Source: Eukaryota sp. GEM-RC1 (taxonomy: Eukaryota). From it: a stretch of DNA of 64,000 nucleotides. The translations under genes and the position numbers were made by a program. Numbering within the stretch: the stretch's first letter is position 1; every line of letters starts with the position of its first letter. Of this stretch, positions 1 through 10,719 are shown one piece after another. The notes beneath the pieces are model-generated. The model searched no databases, was not told the DNA's origin, and saw only the letters and a list, made by a program, of their open reading frames with translations. The stretch lies in assembly GCA_040285855.1 (NCBI GenBank), contig JAUFOQ010000010.1:1364001-1428000 (forward strand), in the 5' to 3' direction.

Positions 1-747
1 GTTTGCTCCATCTCAACCATCCATCGATCACTTGTATCCAGTGGCTTTTCTCGTAAACGATGCCGTTCTATGATTCGCAAAGCTAAAGTACAACTCATCC
101 TTAATTTCGAGAAAAAACTCTCTTTCTCGTTAGGAATCATATTTACTAATCAGCTAGTATTTATTGATGAGATTAGCTTCCGTAAGGAACACTTCAGTAG
201 ACTCTATGGTAGGAGCCCTAGAAATATTCCTGTAGCTACTGAAAACCAACTTGTCAACGTGGACCAGATCTCAGTAGTCGTGGCGATTAGCCAAGATGGT
301 TATCTCTACCACCATATCCAGGAAGGACATTTTTCTCGCTTACAATCTGTCGCTTTTCTTGAAGATTTAATAAATTTAGGATATTTAAGAACGAAGACTG
401 GGAGTCGTAGTGTTCTAGTTGTAGATGGATGCAACATTCATGTATCTCCTTTTATACATGCGGCTCTTAAAAAGTGTGGAATTTCTTATTTTATCTTGCC
501 TCCGTACTGCCCGGAGTCAAATCCGATTGAGGCCTTTTTTGGTGTTTTGAGGCGTAAAGTTCGTGAAATCTCTCACCATAGCATTGGACAAAATTCAATT
601 GATGTACTTCAAGCCATCCTTCCGAGACTAAAGTGTGATTGTACAAGGCTTTTCAATCACAGTGGCTGGAAAGACTTTGAATACTACAAGTCTCCTTATT
701 TATCAGGACCTTTGTCTGAATTTTTAATAGATTTTGTTGACAATTGA
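1..747 (+). CDS. IS630/Tc1-mariner DDE transposase, 5'-partial
   Basis: Frame is open from base 1 (VCSISTIHRSL..GFSRKR, HTH-like). Catalytic motifs VFIDE, VLVVDGCNIH and LPPYCPESNPIE are present. Confidence 0.85.
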   Translation, partial: VCSISTIHRSLVSSGFSRKRCRSMIRKAKVQLILNFEKKLSFSLGIIFTNQLVFIDEISFRKEHFSRLYGRSPRNIPVATENQLVNVDQISVVVAISQDGYLYHHIQEGHFSRLQSVAFLEDLINLGYLRTKTGSRSVLVVDGCNIHVSPFIHAALKKCGISYFILPPYCPESNPIEAFFGVLRRKVREISHHSIGQNSIDVLQAILPRLKCDCTRLFNHSGWKDFEYYKSPYLSGPLSEFLIDFVDN

Positions 748-817
748 AACTGAAGAATTCAGTGAACAACAACAAAGATACCTTTATAGAACATAAACAT
801 TGTGATAAGTGCAAAAC

Positions 818-2026
818 CTAGAGATCAATGTTATAAGTGAACAATTGGCGTTGGACATCATCATTGACTGGTGAATTTTGATCCGCATGTGAACGAAAGT
901 TGTGTAAAGAAGATAGAAAAGGATCGTCTTCACTTCTAGAGCTTTTAAGAACAGGATGATGCTGTTCCGTTGGAGATTGAAATCCGTTTGAAGATAGAAA
1001 AGGATCAACTTCACTCCTAGAGGATCTAAGCGTAGGATGATGCTGTTCCGTTGGAGATTGAAATCCGTTTGAAGATAGAAAAGGATCAACTTCACTCCTA
1101 GAGGATCTAAGCGTAGGATGATGCTGTTCCGTTGGAGATTGAAATCCGTTTGAAGATAGAAAAGGATCAACTTCACTCCTAGAGGATCTAAGCGTAGGAT
1201 GATGTGGTTCTGTTGGAGATTGAAATCCGTTCAAAGCAGCATGCGAATCGTTTACCTCGGCCACCTGGTTAAAGTCATGTGTTGATATTGGTAACAACAC
1301 TGCCCTTCCAGAGGATCTTCTCTTAAGGGAGTGACAAAAAGCGGCAATCTTCTTCCAGAGAAGGTTTCTCTGAACTGAATCAAACTGACTACGTTCGGTG
1401 TCAATTTTTATAAGCTCGCGGGACACCATTTGGGCAACAGCATTTCCGAAGACATTATCTTCGTCTTCACTTGGCGGTTCATCGACGGCAGAGAAGAAGC
1501 GTGTCAATTCTGCTGGGATCAATGTAATGTCCGCCTTACCCGACTCAATAAGCGAGGCCCAATTGCGCCAAATGGCAGGTGCTGCTGAGATCCCAGGATT
1601 TGCTTGTTGTAAGTCAGTAACAGGCATGTGTACAACTTCTCGCTGAAGCGATGAGCTTTGCCATACCTTGTAAGCTTCCTTATCAATATCAATAGGATTG
1701 ACCTTGATCTGGAAAGCCATACCTTCACCACTGTGAGAGGCTATCCATCCGGCAATTGTAGAGGTGACACCTAAGCGGTACATGCTCCCGGTGGCTTTGT
1801 ATTTAACTTCAAGTTCCCAATCGGGGTTAGAAGTTTTACCTTTGTTGTTAAGTTGGATTTGATAAAAGGCTTTACAGAGTTCTTGAAGTTCAGATTCCTC
1901 AAAGTTGTTGTCATCATAGAATAATGAAACTTCTTGTTGGAAAAAGGATCTGGAGCCCTTAAAGAGTTGTAATGACACTAGTACTTTTATAGATGATGCA
2001 TTAGGTAAGGATGTAAAAGAAAGCAT
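818..2026 (-). CDS. Hypothetical 402-aa protein with a C-terminal 27-aa tandem repeat, probably transposon-associated
   Basis: Long ORF convergent on the Tc1-like transposase and lying between transposons; no recognised domain. Confidence 0.55.
   Translation of the reverse strand: MLSFTSLPNASSIKVLVSLQLFKGSRSFFQQEVSLFYDDNNFEESELQELCKAFYQIQLNNKGKTSNPDWELEVKYKATGSMYRLGVTSTIAGWIASHSGEGMAFQIKVNPIDIDKEAYKVWQSSSLQREVVHMPVTDLQQANPGISAAPAIWRNWASLIESGKADITLIPAELTRFFSAVDEPPSEDEDNVFGNAVAQMVSRELIKIDTERSQFDSVQRNLLWKKIAAFCHSLKRRSSGRAVLLPISTHDFNQVAEVNDSHAALNGFQSPTEPHHPTLRSSRSEVDPFLSSNGFQSPTEQHHPTLRSSRSEVDPFLSSNGFQSPTEQHHPTLRSSRSEVDPFLSSNGFQSPTEQHHPVLKSSRSEDDPFLSSLHNFRSHADQNSPVNDDVQRQLFTYNIDL
909..1232. repeat. 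81-bp tandem repeat, about 4 copies
   Basis: AGGATGATG recurs at 953, 1034, 1115 and 1196. The unit encodes SSNGFQSPTEQHHPTLRSSRSEVDPFL on the minus strand. Confidence 0.95.
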
Positions 2027-2113
2027 TTATTGAGTGAGTGAAAAGAATTAGTGAGGTGGTAAATTATCCAAACGAACTGAAAAGCACAGCAGGAGGTATA
2101 CTTTATTTTGTCA

Positions 2114-3377
2114 CTAGTCACTTCCTACAAGAAAAGGGTCCTCTATCACATTGTCCTCTGAGTCTTCAACGTCAGTTACATCGTTAATGTCATCTTCATT
2201 AGAATTTGTGTCATGTACGAGAACATCCTCCAACCACTGTGGGAATTCTACTTCAGTCTCGTTTCTTTGGGACTGTTGCTGTCGTAACTTCATGTTGGTA
2301 TGTACAAAAACAAACATATTCAATAAATCATGTTTCATTCTGTTTCGTCTCTTTGTCTGAATGATGCTGAAGGTACTCCAATTCCGTTCTGCAGCTCCAC
2401 TGGAACATGTTTGTGACAAAAGCTTCATTGCTGCAATCTTCAGCATTCCGTCTTCATTGCCGTACATGCTCCACCACTTTCTCCCAGATTGATTCTTTAC
2501 ATCATCCCACATATCATCACGAGCATCATAACTGGTGTTAATACTCTTCTCCCTATACGATGCAAATTCTTCAAATGCACTTTTTCCATCATCAGCGCCT
2601 AACATTTTTTTCAACGATCTTCTCAGACTTTTCTTCATGGGCTCAGTCATTCTTGGAAGTAGACTGTGATGGCGTGGATCGAGTAAATGAGCCGCGTAAT
2701 GAAAATCAGTAAGACAACGATTCAATCTTGTTTCTACCATTGATAATAGTCTTGTAGTTTCTGCCTCTGAGAGAAATGGAAGTGGATTTTCACTCAAATC
2801 TAGTTTTAACTTTTCAATTTGTAGATACAATTTACTCATACCTGTACTATCGCGATCGGTAAATCGGATAACACCAACAAGAGGTGACCACCAGTTGACC
2901 AGCTGCCGTATTTGAGGCCAAAATTCCTGAAAAGTGTCACTGATGAGAGTATGTACGTCTTGGCCAGTTGCTTTAACACTGGAATTTGCAGTCCGAATAA
3001 ACTTCTTAACTTTTGGGTCACTGTAGGTTGCTACCAATTCCGCCTCAACTTCACAAAGCCTCTGTAACAGAATATAATTTGTGTAGAATCGAGTAGCAGC
3101 TGGCTTGATCAATCTCAGATCACTTTTGACGTCAAACGTATCACGAACAATTCCATGATTATTCGTAAAAGAGACAATCTTTTTGGCCTTAGTCACTAAA
3201 TCTTTAATTGAAGAAAATTTGTTGTACTGTTCTTTCATAATCAAATCGAGAATATAGATGCACATGGGGTCCATTGAAGATGAGGAAACTGATCAACCAA
3301 GAGGCGACAAGCACCAGAACAATTGGCTGCATTGTCCGTGATGATCTGTGTTACTTTCGTGGGTCCAATGGACTTAT
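2114..3377 (-). pseudogene. hAT transposase, 5'-truncated with one frameshift
   Basis: C-terminal SSGAAERNWSTF..KRRNRM dimerisation motif and ATRF. An upstream frame reads QIITDNAANC..QWTPCAS; restoring 1 base near 3255 gives WTPCASHILDL (CxxH). Homology stops near 3377. Confidence 0.85.
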
Positions 3378-5525
3378 GTATGATGGGTCTCACCTACAAA
3401 CCCCCAACCGTTTATCAAAGCCTTCAGTCAAGGAATCAAACCGAATGCTCTTAGAAATACCGTATTTGATGAATTTAACCTGAATTTTTTACCGTCTCGA
3501 AACACTCTTATCCAAAACTCTAGCTTTGCACTCCAATTTAACTTCGTTGTCTATTACACCTTAAAATTTCATCCCTAAAGATGGAAGTATCCCAAGTCTT
3601 CCCCCATTCTGACACTCGCAGATATCATTTCAACACTAGTCATACTTTATCCAACTCGAAATGTAATTTTTGCAAAAAATCTGGTCTTTCAAGAGACTGA
3701 CCCTTCACCAGGACCTCCAAACTGAACAAAAGAAAGTCCTACCCGTATATCAATTCAAAAAACCCGAGAAACACTGCCAAGAACTCCAAACGAAGTACTA
3801 GACTTATAAGCGGAAGCCATTTTACCTCTGGTAAGAACAGTTGCAGTAGCTCACCTAACCAGATCACTGATACGAACCTTGTCAATAACAAAGACACAGT
3901 GGAAGAAGAAACTCTAGAATTTGACATTGAGCGGCCTAATTTCCTCTACGATGTATCTGCCTCCTCCTCGCCAACATCTGAGAAGCCTACTTCTAAGACT
4001 TGCCTAGTTAAATCTGATGCCGAATCACTGCAACTTAAGACGCAGCGCATCGGAGGAAAGCTCTCAGTCCACATATTCATCCTTTGACGCTCGGGGGAGT
4101 TGGTTTCTCTGTCGTCTCGGCTCTGGTGGCTGATGACGCTGATTGCGCCGGGCGATCCGAGGCCCCGCAGTTGTTAGAGGCTGACGCTGACGATGAAGCT
4201 ATGGTTCCAAAAAGAACAGCTTTCTCAAGATGAAGGTGAAGGTCAACTCCGTACCTCTGACTGGAACATGGGACAGTGCCTGTGATCACAGCAGCCTCTC
4301 CACAGACTTAGCTAAGAATGCCAATCTAACTCTTGAAGACTCACCTTTAACTTTCACTCTCACCAATGGAGAAACGTTCGAGTCCCTAGGAACAGCCTAT
4401 ACCAAAGAATCTTTCCAATTCGGTGCAGACGTTTCCAAGATCGTCCATTTAAAATGCCCCCTTCACGTTAATTCTGGAAGCAACCAATTTTTGCTTGGCT
4501 GTGACGTTATGAAAGCTTCAAGTTTGCTCAAGGACAATAACCTATTTATCAATCTGTATGAAAAATGCACTGCACTGCTCAACGCTGAATCATGACGGGA
4601 CTCTCTCTTGACCCAGCCTGCTATCCCATCCGTCGCCACAAACTCTCACTGGACCAATGAAGGTAGATTTGAACTTTCACCACAAGAGACTTTGTTGATC
4701 AAGAAAATTTTAATAAACTTTACAGAAGTGTTTGGGAAACCTCACCCAAACGGGATCAAATGTCCACCTATGCCCTTGAAGTTCTATGATGAATCCAAAG
4801 TTGTGAACCTGCCAGCTAAAAACCTGAATCTATCTAAGCTTGAAACCGCTAATAAGATATTTGATGAGCTCATAACTGATGGCTTCGCTTTTGAGTCACC
4901 TGCTCAAAATCCTTTTTCCTCTCCAATCTGCCTGGTCTCGACGATAGAAATCTGCCACACCATCAGTCCAAGATCTTATCGCTCGCACCACGCTTCTGAA
5001 AGAAAAATGGGAAAAAGCAGAAAATCACCAAAGACAATCAACCTCTCGTGCTGCTACATCTTTAACCCCCCAATTTTCCGTCCACTCTTTTGACTTGAGA
5101 TACAAATAAAATCCCGGCAGCCTACATGGAAAATGGCTTGGTCCATATAAGGTAATCTCTAGCCAACCTAACTCATCTACTCTTACTCTCCTCAACAATT
5201 TCCAAATGAAAAAATAATAATTAATAAAAATGAGATTTTTGAGTCAACAAGTTTTTCCAAGGTGTAAACTTCTTCTTCTGTTTACATTTGTAAACCCTTT
5301 GTTACTTCATCTGTTGACCCCGATTACTTTAAGGCCATCGCAGCCCTAGACAAAGAAGAAGCTGTTATCCGTAGGGTCCTGTCTATCGATCCCATACATG
5401 AACTTGCCGAAGTCGAATGGATCAGCAATGATGTGTCTTTTGAACCTGTAGCTGCCATTAAGAATGATCAAGTTTACAAAGACTTGGTGAAGAAGCTCTC
5501 TAAGAAGACCACCAAGTCTCACTGA
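3377..5525 (+). mobile_element. Degraded Ty3/gypsy (chromovirus-like) LTR retrotransposon relic with internal deletion
   Basis: Degenerate gag knuckle CNFCKKSG at ~3663, protease-like GTWDSAC (4230-4595), RT start PFSSPICLV (~4910), integrase KWLGPYKV (~5130) and a chromodomain-like EVEW..FEP (~5410). No LTR pair seen. Confidence 0.75.
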
Positions 5526-5559
5526 CATAAGTAACGTCACCCTCTTTATAATTGTATTT

Positions 5560-5846
5560 AATTATTGAAGGTGGAGTCGAAGCATGGGTAGAATTTGCAA
5601 TTCCTGGCAAGTGTTGGGGACATATTACAAGCAATCTTGTCGAATCTATGAACTCTGTCATTGTCGAAGCTCGACAATTGCCAATTACTTATTTTTTTGG
5701 AGGTAATGCGTGCTAAAATTGCCGAACGGTTTTTAAATCGTAGAAAAGATGCTAACAACACTCGTGGATTTATTACAGAATTTGCCGGAAAAAAATTAGA
5801 AATCAGCAACGGATACGTTCGAACCCAACAAATGGATGGCACCGAT
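5560..5846 (+). pseudogene. Mutator (MULE) transposase fragment interrupted by the hAT insertion
   Basis: WGHITSNLVESMNSVIVEARQLPI at ~5615-5687 matches the MULE TxNxxESxN motif. Confidence 0.7.
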
Positions 5847-8026
5847 CAGGGCTCTTCAAAAAATAATTGCATTTTGCAATTATTGCAATAACACTGTATT
5901 GCAGTATTGCAATACAGTATTGCAACTGGTTCGAATATTGCAGTACGATATTGCATGTTGTTTCGTTATTGCAGTTATTGTAAGCAATACTCAGCCAATT
6001 GCCGAAACCGTTTTATTGTCATTTTAGTAGTGTGGTGTTCTTAAAGCATATATTAAAAAATTAGCTGGTGTTGTGAATATCAGTTTATAAAACAACAGTA
6101 AGATGATTATCTTGAAGAGACGAATTTTGTCAGCTAAATTTCTCTTTGTATGACCCTGCGAGTAAAAGAAACAAATTCTGAACCAACTCCGGCACAACGA
6201 TCGAGGGCATATTTTACCGAACTCGATACTGAAACAGCTGAGGTTCAAAACTTTCTCAGCAAATCACCAGTAAGAGATCGAGATGATGTTGAAGTATGGA
6301 AATGTAGATGTGGTGTTTTTCGTACTAGAAAGCCGAACAGTGGCTGGTCGAATCTCTCATCCCATGTTGTATCAGAACATGTTGATTGGAGAACGGAAAC
6401 ATGGCAATTGCTTAGAGAAGCGGACTCAAATCAAGATATCTCAAGGATCTTTATTCCATGCAAAACGAAGCGTTACTATTCTTGGTTGGACTGGGTTGTT
6501 AGTGAAGGCCTACCCTTTTCAGTTGTTGAATCTGAAGTTACTCGTTGCTACACCAATCTCCAACCTATCTGTTTCAACACGTTTGTCGACCTCTTTGACT
6601 GCCTTAAAGAACATATGTATCATCAGTTGGAATCTCTACTTGGGTCATGCTTTGCGCTCATTATCGATGCTTGGAAAAGTCCGTCCACAAATCTTCATTA
6701 TCTCGGAATCTTTGCCATGAATCGTTCTCTCTCATCCCCTGTCTTTCTATCACTGTTGCCCTTTGAGGCTGAAGCTGGCTCCACTGTCTTCGATAGAATG
6801 TTTGGCACAGATGCAGTGATAAACTTGATTGAACATTCTCTTGCAATGTTCAACAAATCCTTGGCAATGGTTGCTTGTATCGTAGCAGACAATTGTCCGA
6901 CAATGAAAGCCGTAGCCACCAGAATTTCGTGTGGATTTGTAGGCTGCGCTTCTCATCGGTTTCAGTTAGGAGTACGGCAGTTCACTTCTCATTTAGACAC
7001 TGTCTTCAGAAAAATCAACACTATTATGAAACTGCTTTCTGAACCAAAAAGGGCAACTGTTCTGAACGGTTTCACGAAATTAAAGCCCAAAAAGCGGAAT
7101 GTCACTAGATGGCACTCGACTGAAGCAATGGTTAGACGCTATATAGAACTGAAGGATTCCATTGTCAAGATGATTGTTGAAGCTGCAGATCAAGAATTGT
7201 TGCAATATTTGCCATCCTCTTTTGAGGAACCAGTTCTTCTACAAGCATTGAATGATCTTGAAAATCTTGCATTTGTGAGTTTACAACTCCAACGAGAGGA
7301 TATTGATATGCTAAGTGTACAAAGATTGTTTGCTTCCACTATTGATGTATACTGTCAAGAAAACGAAAATCCAGAGCTCAAGGAACACCTGACATATCCT
7401 GCCTCTTTACGTGCCAGATATCCTGAAAACCAGGTTCACTTTGAAACGGCAGTTCTCAAACTGCTTCGTAGAGGCGAATGTTTAACAGAAGATGAAAAGA
7501 AATGGGTCCAGTGTTTCATTGAACACCCAAATGCTGAGCCAAGAGCAGGCGAGAGACGCCTTGCCTCCATAAAAGACGTTTTCAGTCAGAAAACAATCGA
7601 AGAAGGTTCAACTTATCAAGATCTTTCCTGGATTCCTCCTACATCTAACGTCGTTGAAAGACTTTTTAGTCGTGTCCGATTTATTCAAGGATTGAATCGT
7701 CATTCTTTGAGTCAAGAACGTCTCGAAACTCAAGTGTTTTTGTCCATCAATAGACATCATTGGGATATGCAATTGGTAGCCAAAATGATTGTTGATCGAA
7801 AACTAGATTTGTAATCAATAGATTGATATAATGGTATGCATGTCGAATTTATTGAAACATAAATGTAGCACTTAAGCAGCAAATTTGTTAAAAAATATTG
7901 CAGTACAGTATTGCAAATGTACCAATTATTGCAATACAGTATTGCAACTAAACCAGTTATTGCAATACAGTATTGCAGCAACAAAAATTTTCACAATATA
8001 TTGCAATTATTTATTGAAGAGCCCTG
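5847..8026 (+). mobile_element. Intact autonomous hAT DNA transposon (2180 bp)
   Basis: TIRs CAGGGCTCTTCAA(A/T)AAATAATTGCA at both ends, perfect 8-bp TSD GCACCGAT (5839-5846 and 8027-8034), and subterminal TATTGCA arrays. Confidence 0.97.
6150..7814 (+). CDS. hAT transposase (554 aa)
   Basis: BED-like N-terminus, IIDAW, VADNC, GCASH, TRWHS and PPTSNVVERLFS motifs; ORF uninterrupted. Confidence 0.95.
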   Translation: MTLRVKETNSEPTPAQRSRAYFTELDTETAEVQNFLSKSPVRDRDDVEVWKCRCGVFRTRKPNSGWSNLSSHVVSEHVDWRTETWQLLREADSNQDISRIFIPCKTKRYYSWLDWVVSEGLPFSVVESEVTRCYTNLQPICFNTFVDLFDCLKEHMYHQLESLLGSCFALIIDAWKSPSTNLHYLGIFAMNRSLSSPVFLSLLPFEAEAGSTVFDRMFGTDAVINLIEHSLAMFNKSLAMVACIVADNCPTMKAVATRISCGFVGCASHRFQLGVRQFTSHLDTVFRKINTIMKLLSEPKRATVLNGFTKLKPKKRNVTRWHSTEAMVRRYIELKDSIVKMIVEAADQELLQYLPSSFEEPVLLQALNDLENLAFVSLQLQREDIDMLSVQRLFASTIDVYCQENENPELKEHLTYPASLRARYPENQVHFETAVLKLLRRGECLTEDEKKWVQCFIEHPNAEPRAGERRLASIKDVFSQKTIEEGSTYQDLSWIPPTSNVVERLFSRVRFIQGLNRHSLSQERLETQVFLSINRHHWDMQLVAKMIVDRKLDL

Positions 8027-9522
8027 GCACCGATCATGCCAGTATTGATAGCAATTGACTTTTGGTACCTTGACTTTGTAATGTCAGAGTTCAATAAGTG
8101 ATCAGTGTTGGTTTCAATAGACCAAACACAAAATCTTCAAAGAATATATAATCAAAAATTTGAATCAAAAGATGGAATTTCTGTTTCTCGATGTCTCTTA
8201 ACAAGACTGAATGATGAAATTTTCTCTCACCATTAAAAGTTTACGAACCAGGCCTGGAAATAATCAAGTTCCAAAGAGTAATTGTTAGAAGTATTTTCAA
8301 GTCCAATGTAAATAAAAAAAAGACAACACAAACAATCAGAATAAAGGAATATTCAAAATCTTGGAAATTATATCACCAAAATTTCCTCTTTATTTAAAAA
8401 ATAGCTCCAATTTGAAATTTTTTCCAGTCAAATGTAAAACGCTCATGGGTGATTAGTAAGTGGCTATAGTAAAAGATACAGCTCAATGATGAAAGTTCTG
8501 AAATATATGACAAACAATTGTGTTCCCTCCCATTGATATGTTAGGTTCAGAGAGAGAGTAAGATCACGATCAGATCAAAGTCCGTATGGATTCTTCAGAA
8601 GAGACTTGTGTGTATGTAACTGGTAGACCTTTTAAAAGGGGGAGAATGGGTGTTTTCTCCGTGTCTTTCGAAAAGAGGGAAGATGAGATCAGTCATTCAT
8701 GTATGCCAGATGAGTGTCATGAACAGAACATTCATTTTCGTAGACTTCTTCACTTGAACGCGCCCTTATGAGTTAGGATGACAAAGAAATTTCAAGCATA
8801 TAGATGAGAGGAAGTGAAAATACAAAACTGAAACACTCAGAATGTTCAAAGGAAGTCTTTTCCTAACATTTGGTACGAAAGTCAAGTTGCAAGTCTCCCT
8901 TTGACACATTCTAAAGGTTATGCACGAAGACAATGCTGAAACTAGGCTAAACTAAAAGTTGTAAAACACGTGTTTTTCGTCCACTTAAACAATTAAACAT
9001 GAATTAAATGGATCACTAATGGTCCAACCATCGGCAATCATTGATACGATCTAAACACCAGTTGAAATTCAAACACAAGTACAAAAATGCTCTACTTTAC
9101 CAGACATCATGAACGTCTTTTGAATTTTGACATGATGTAAACGTTCAGAAATATCTTGCTGTAGTGAATATATCTATATACCTATATATATTGAGTGAAA
9201 TCACGTGCTTTTTCCCAAAACTCAAGTACTGAAGTAATCCACCTTTACTATGTTGGTTAATTAATCTGAGGTCATTTGATGTACACCCAGTATTAACCAT
9301 TTAAAGTAAAGGATTCTACCTATCAATCCATTTTAAATCAATGCTGATCCAGTATCAAAACTACAATTGTCGTAAAGTTAAGCAAATGTTGTTCCGTTTT
9401 TACACAGTTAACATTTCAGAGTGATAACTACTTTTTACAACATGAATGTGATTTTGCCATTAACATTGTATTTTTCTATTGGGATATTGTACTCACAAAA
9501 ACAACAAATGAATTACAATTCT

Positions 9523-10355
9523 TTATAGTGATGACGTGTCAACAGGAAAGAATAATTTTCTATAAATAAAAAATGCAACAAGCGCCAATGCATAAACAGC
9601 ACTACAACTAAAACAAACAACAACCAAAAAGGAAGGTCTCGACGGAAAAGAGCTCACAATGATCTTCTTATAACTATCTGGGGTAGCGGGAGCATAAGTG
9701 TTGGAAATCACCACGTGTAACTCTCCTTTGCCACGTCATCATGAATCACACCGAACAACCTTCGAATCTTATTAACCAGAAACGGCTTCATCCAAGAAAT
9801 AAAGAGTGGGTGGCTTAAATCAAGGTCTGATTCAGCTGTGTACTTTCCCTCTTCTCTCTTCCAGATTGCAGCATCATGATCAAGTTCTAGAACCTTTGAG
9901 TCCTGAGAGAAAACAAAGGAGTCGTTGAAGATTGTGTTGGGCAGCAGACCACATGGAAGGAGAACTTCACCGTCGTCTCCTTTAACTAGAGGCTCGCAGT
10001 CTGACTTGAGGGAGGATAGGGAAGGAGAGGAGTCGAAGAGTTGGCTCTTGGAAAAGGATGAGATGTAGCGACGATGGTTCTGGTGGAAGTTGGAGAGCTC
10101 GTAGTAGATATAGACTGGAGCTTTTATGGTTTCAGGGATGTTCAGTGTAATATCACAGAGGGAATCTGTACATGTGGAAGAGTATTGATCTGAGACTTGG
10201 ATGGGGCTAGAGTGGAGGATAAGTAGGAGAAGTGAAGCGATTAAAGATGTGATGGATATAGAGATGATCATTCGTTCCAGAGTGGTCTTGGAGAACTCTG
10301 GACGCCATCCAGACAGTCGTTGTTGAGAAAGACCATGTCGAGTGTAAGTAAGCAT
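9523..10355 (-). CDS. CDC50: CDC50/LEM3 flippase beta subunit (one apparent frameshift at ~9727)
   Basis: QQRLSGWRP, PVYIYYELSNFHQNHRRYISS, PCGLLPNTIFNDSF and FISWM motifs. Adding one G joins the 9523-9714 frame, which carries the C-terminal TM helix. Confidence 0.85.
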
Positions 10356-10719
10356 TTGCCTTGTGAATCTGATGCAAACTGGAAATTTGACTGTCCAAAA
10401 AGTAACATGCACTGAATTATGTTTGGTCTCAATTTTCATAGTCCTGATAATGCCATCTAAAGTATTAGTTAAGGATAGAAGACTACACAAATCTTTACTG
10501 AATTACTTGAAAGTTCACCAAAATAGCGCTACACGAATGGTAAAGCATATCAATTTTCCAGATTACTTTATATTATTTATAACATTTGTAGCAAACACAT
10601 TGTGTTTAACACAATTAAATGCTAAGTTCGGATGTGTGAATTAGTAGTATCATACCTATGATTTGAGTAAGTGACTTTGTCTCAGTTTCAATCTCCATCT
10701 AAAACCTCCTCATCCATGA

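Noticed and set aside
784..1176. 130-aa repetitive ORF, and the other short antisense or overlapping ORFs over TRIM, ITFG1 and GCP3 genes
   Set aside because: These are shadow frames of longer, motif-bearing genes or repeats; their recurrence only reflects the duplications.
909..1232. CRISPR-like array
   Set aside because: The 81-bp units are contiguous with no unique spacers and are in frame with an ORF, so this is a coding minisatellite.
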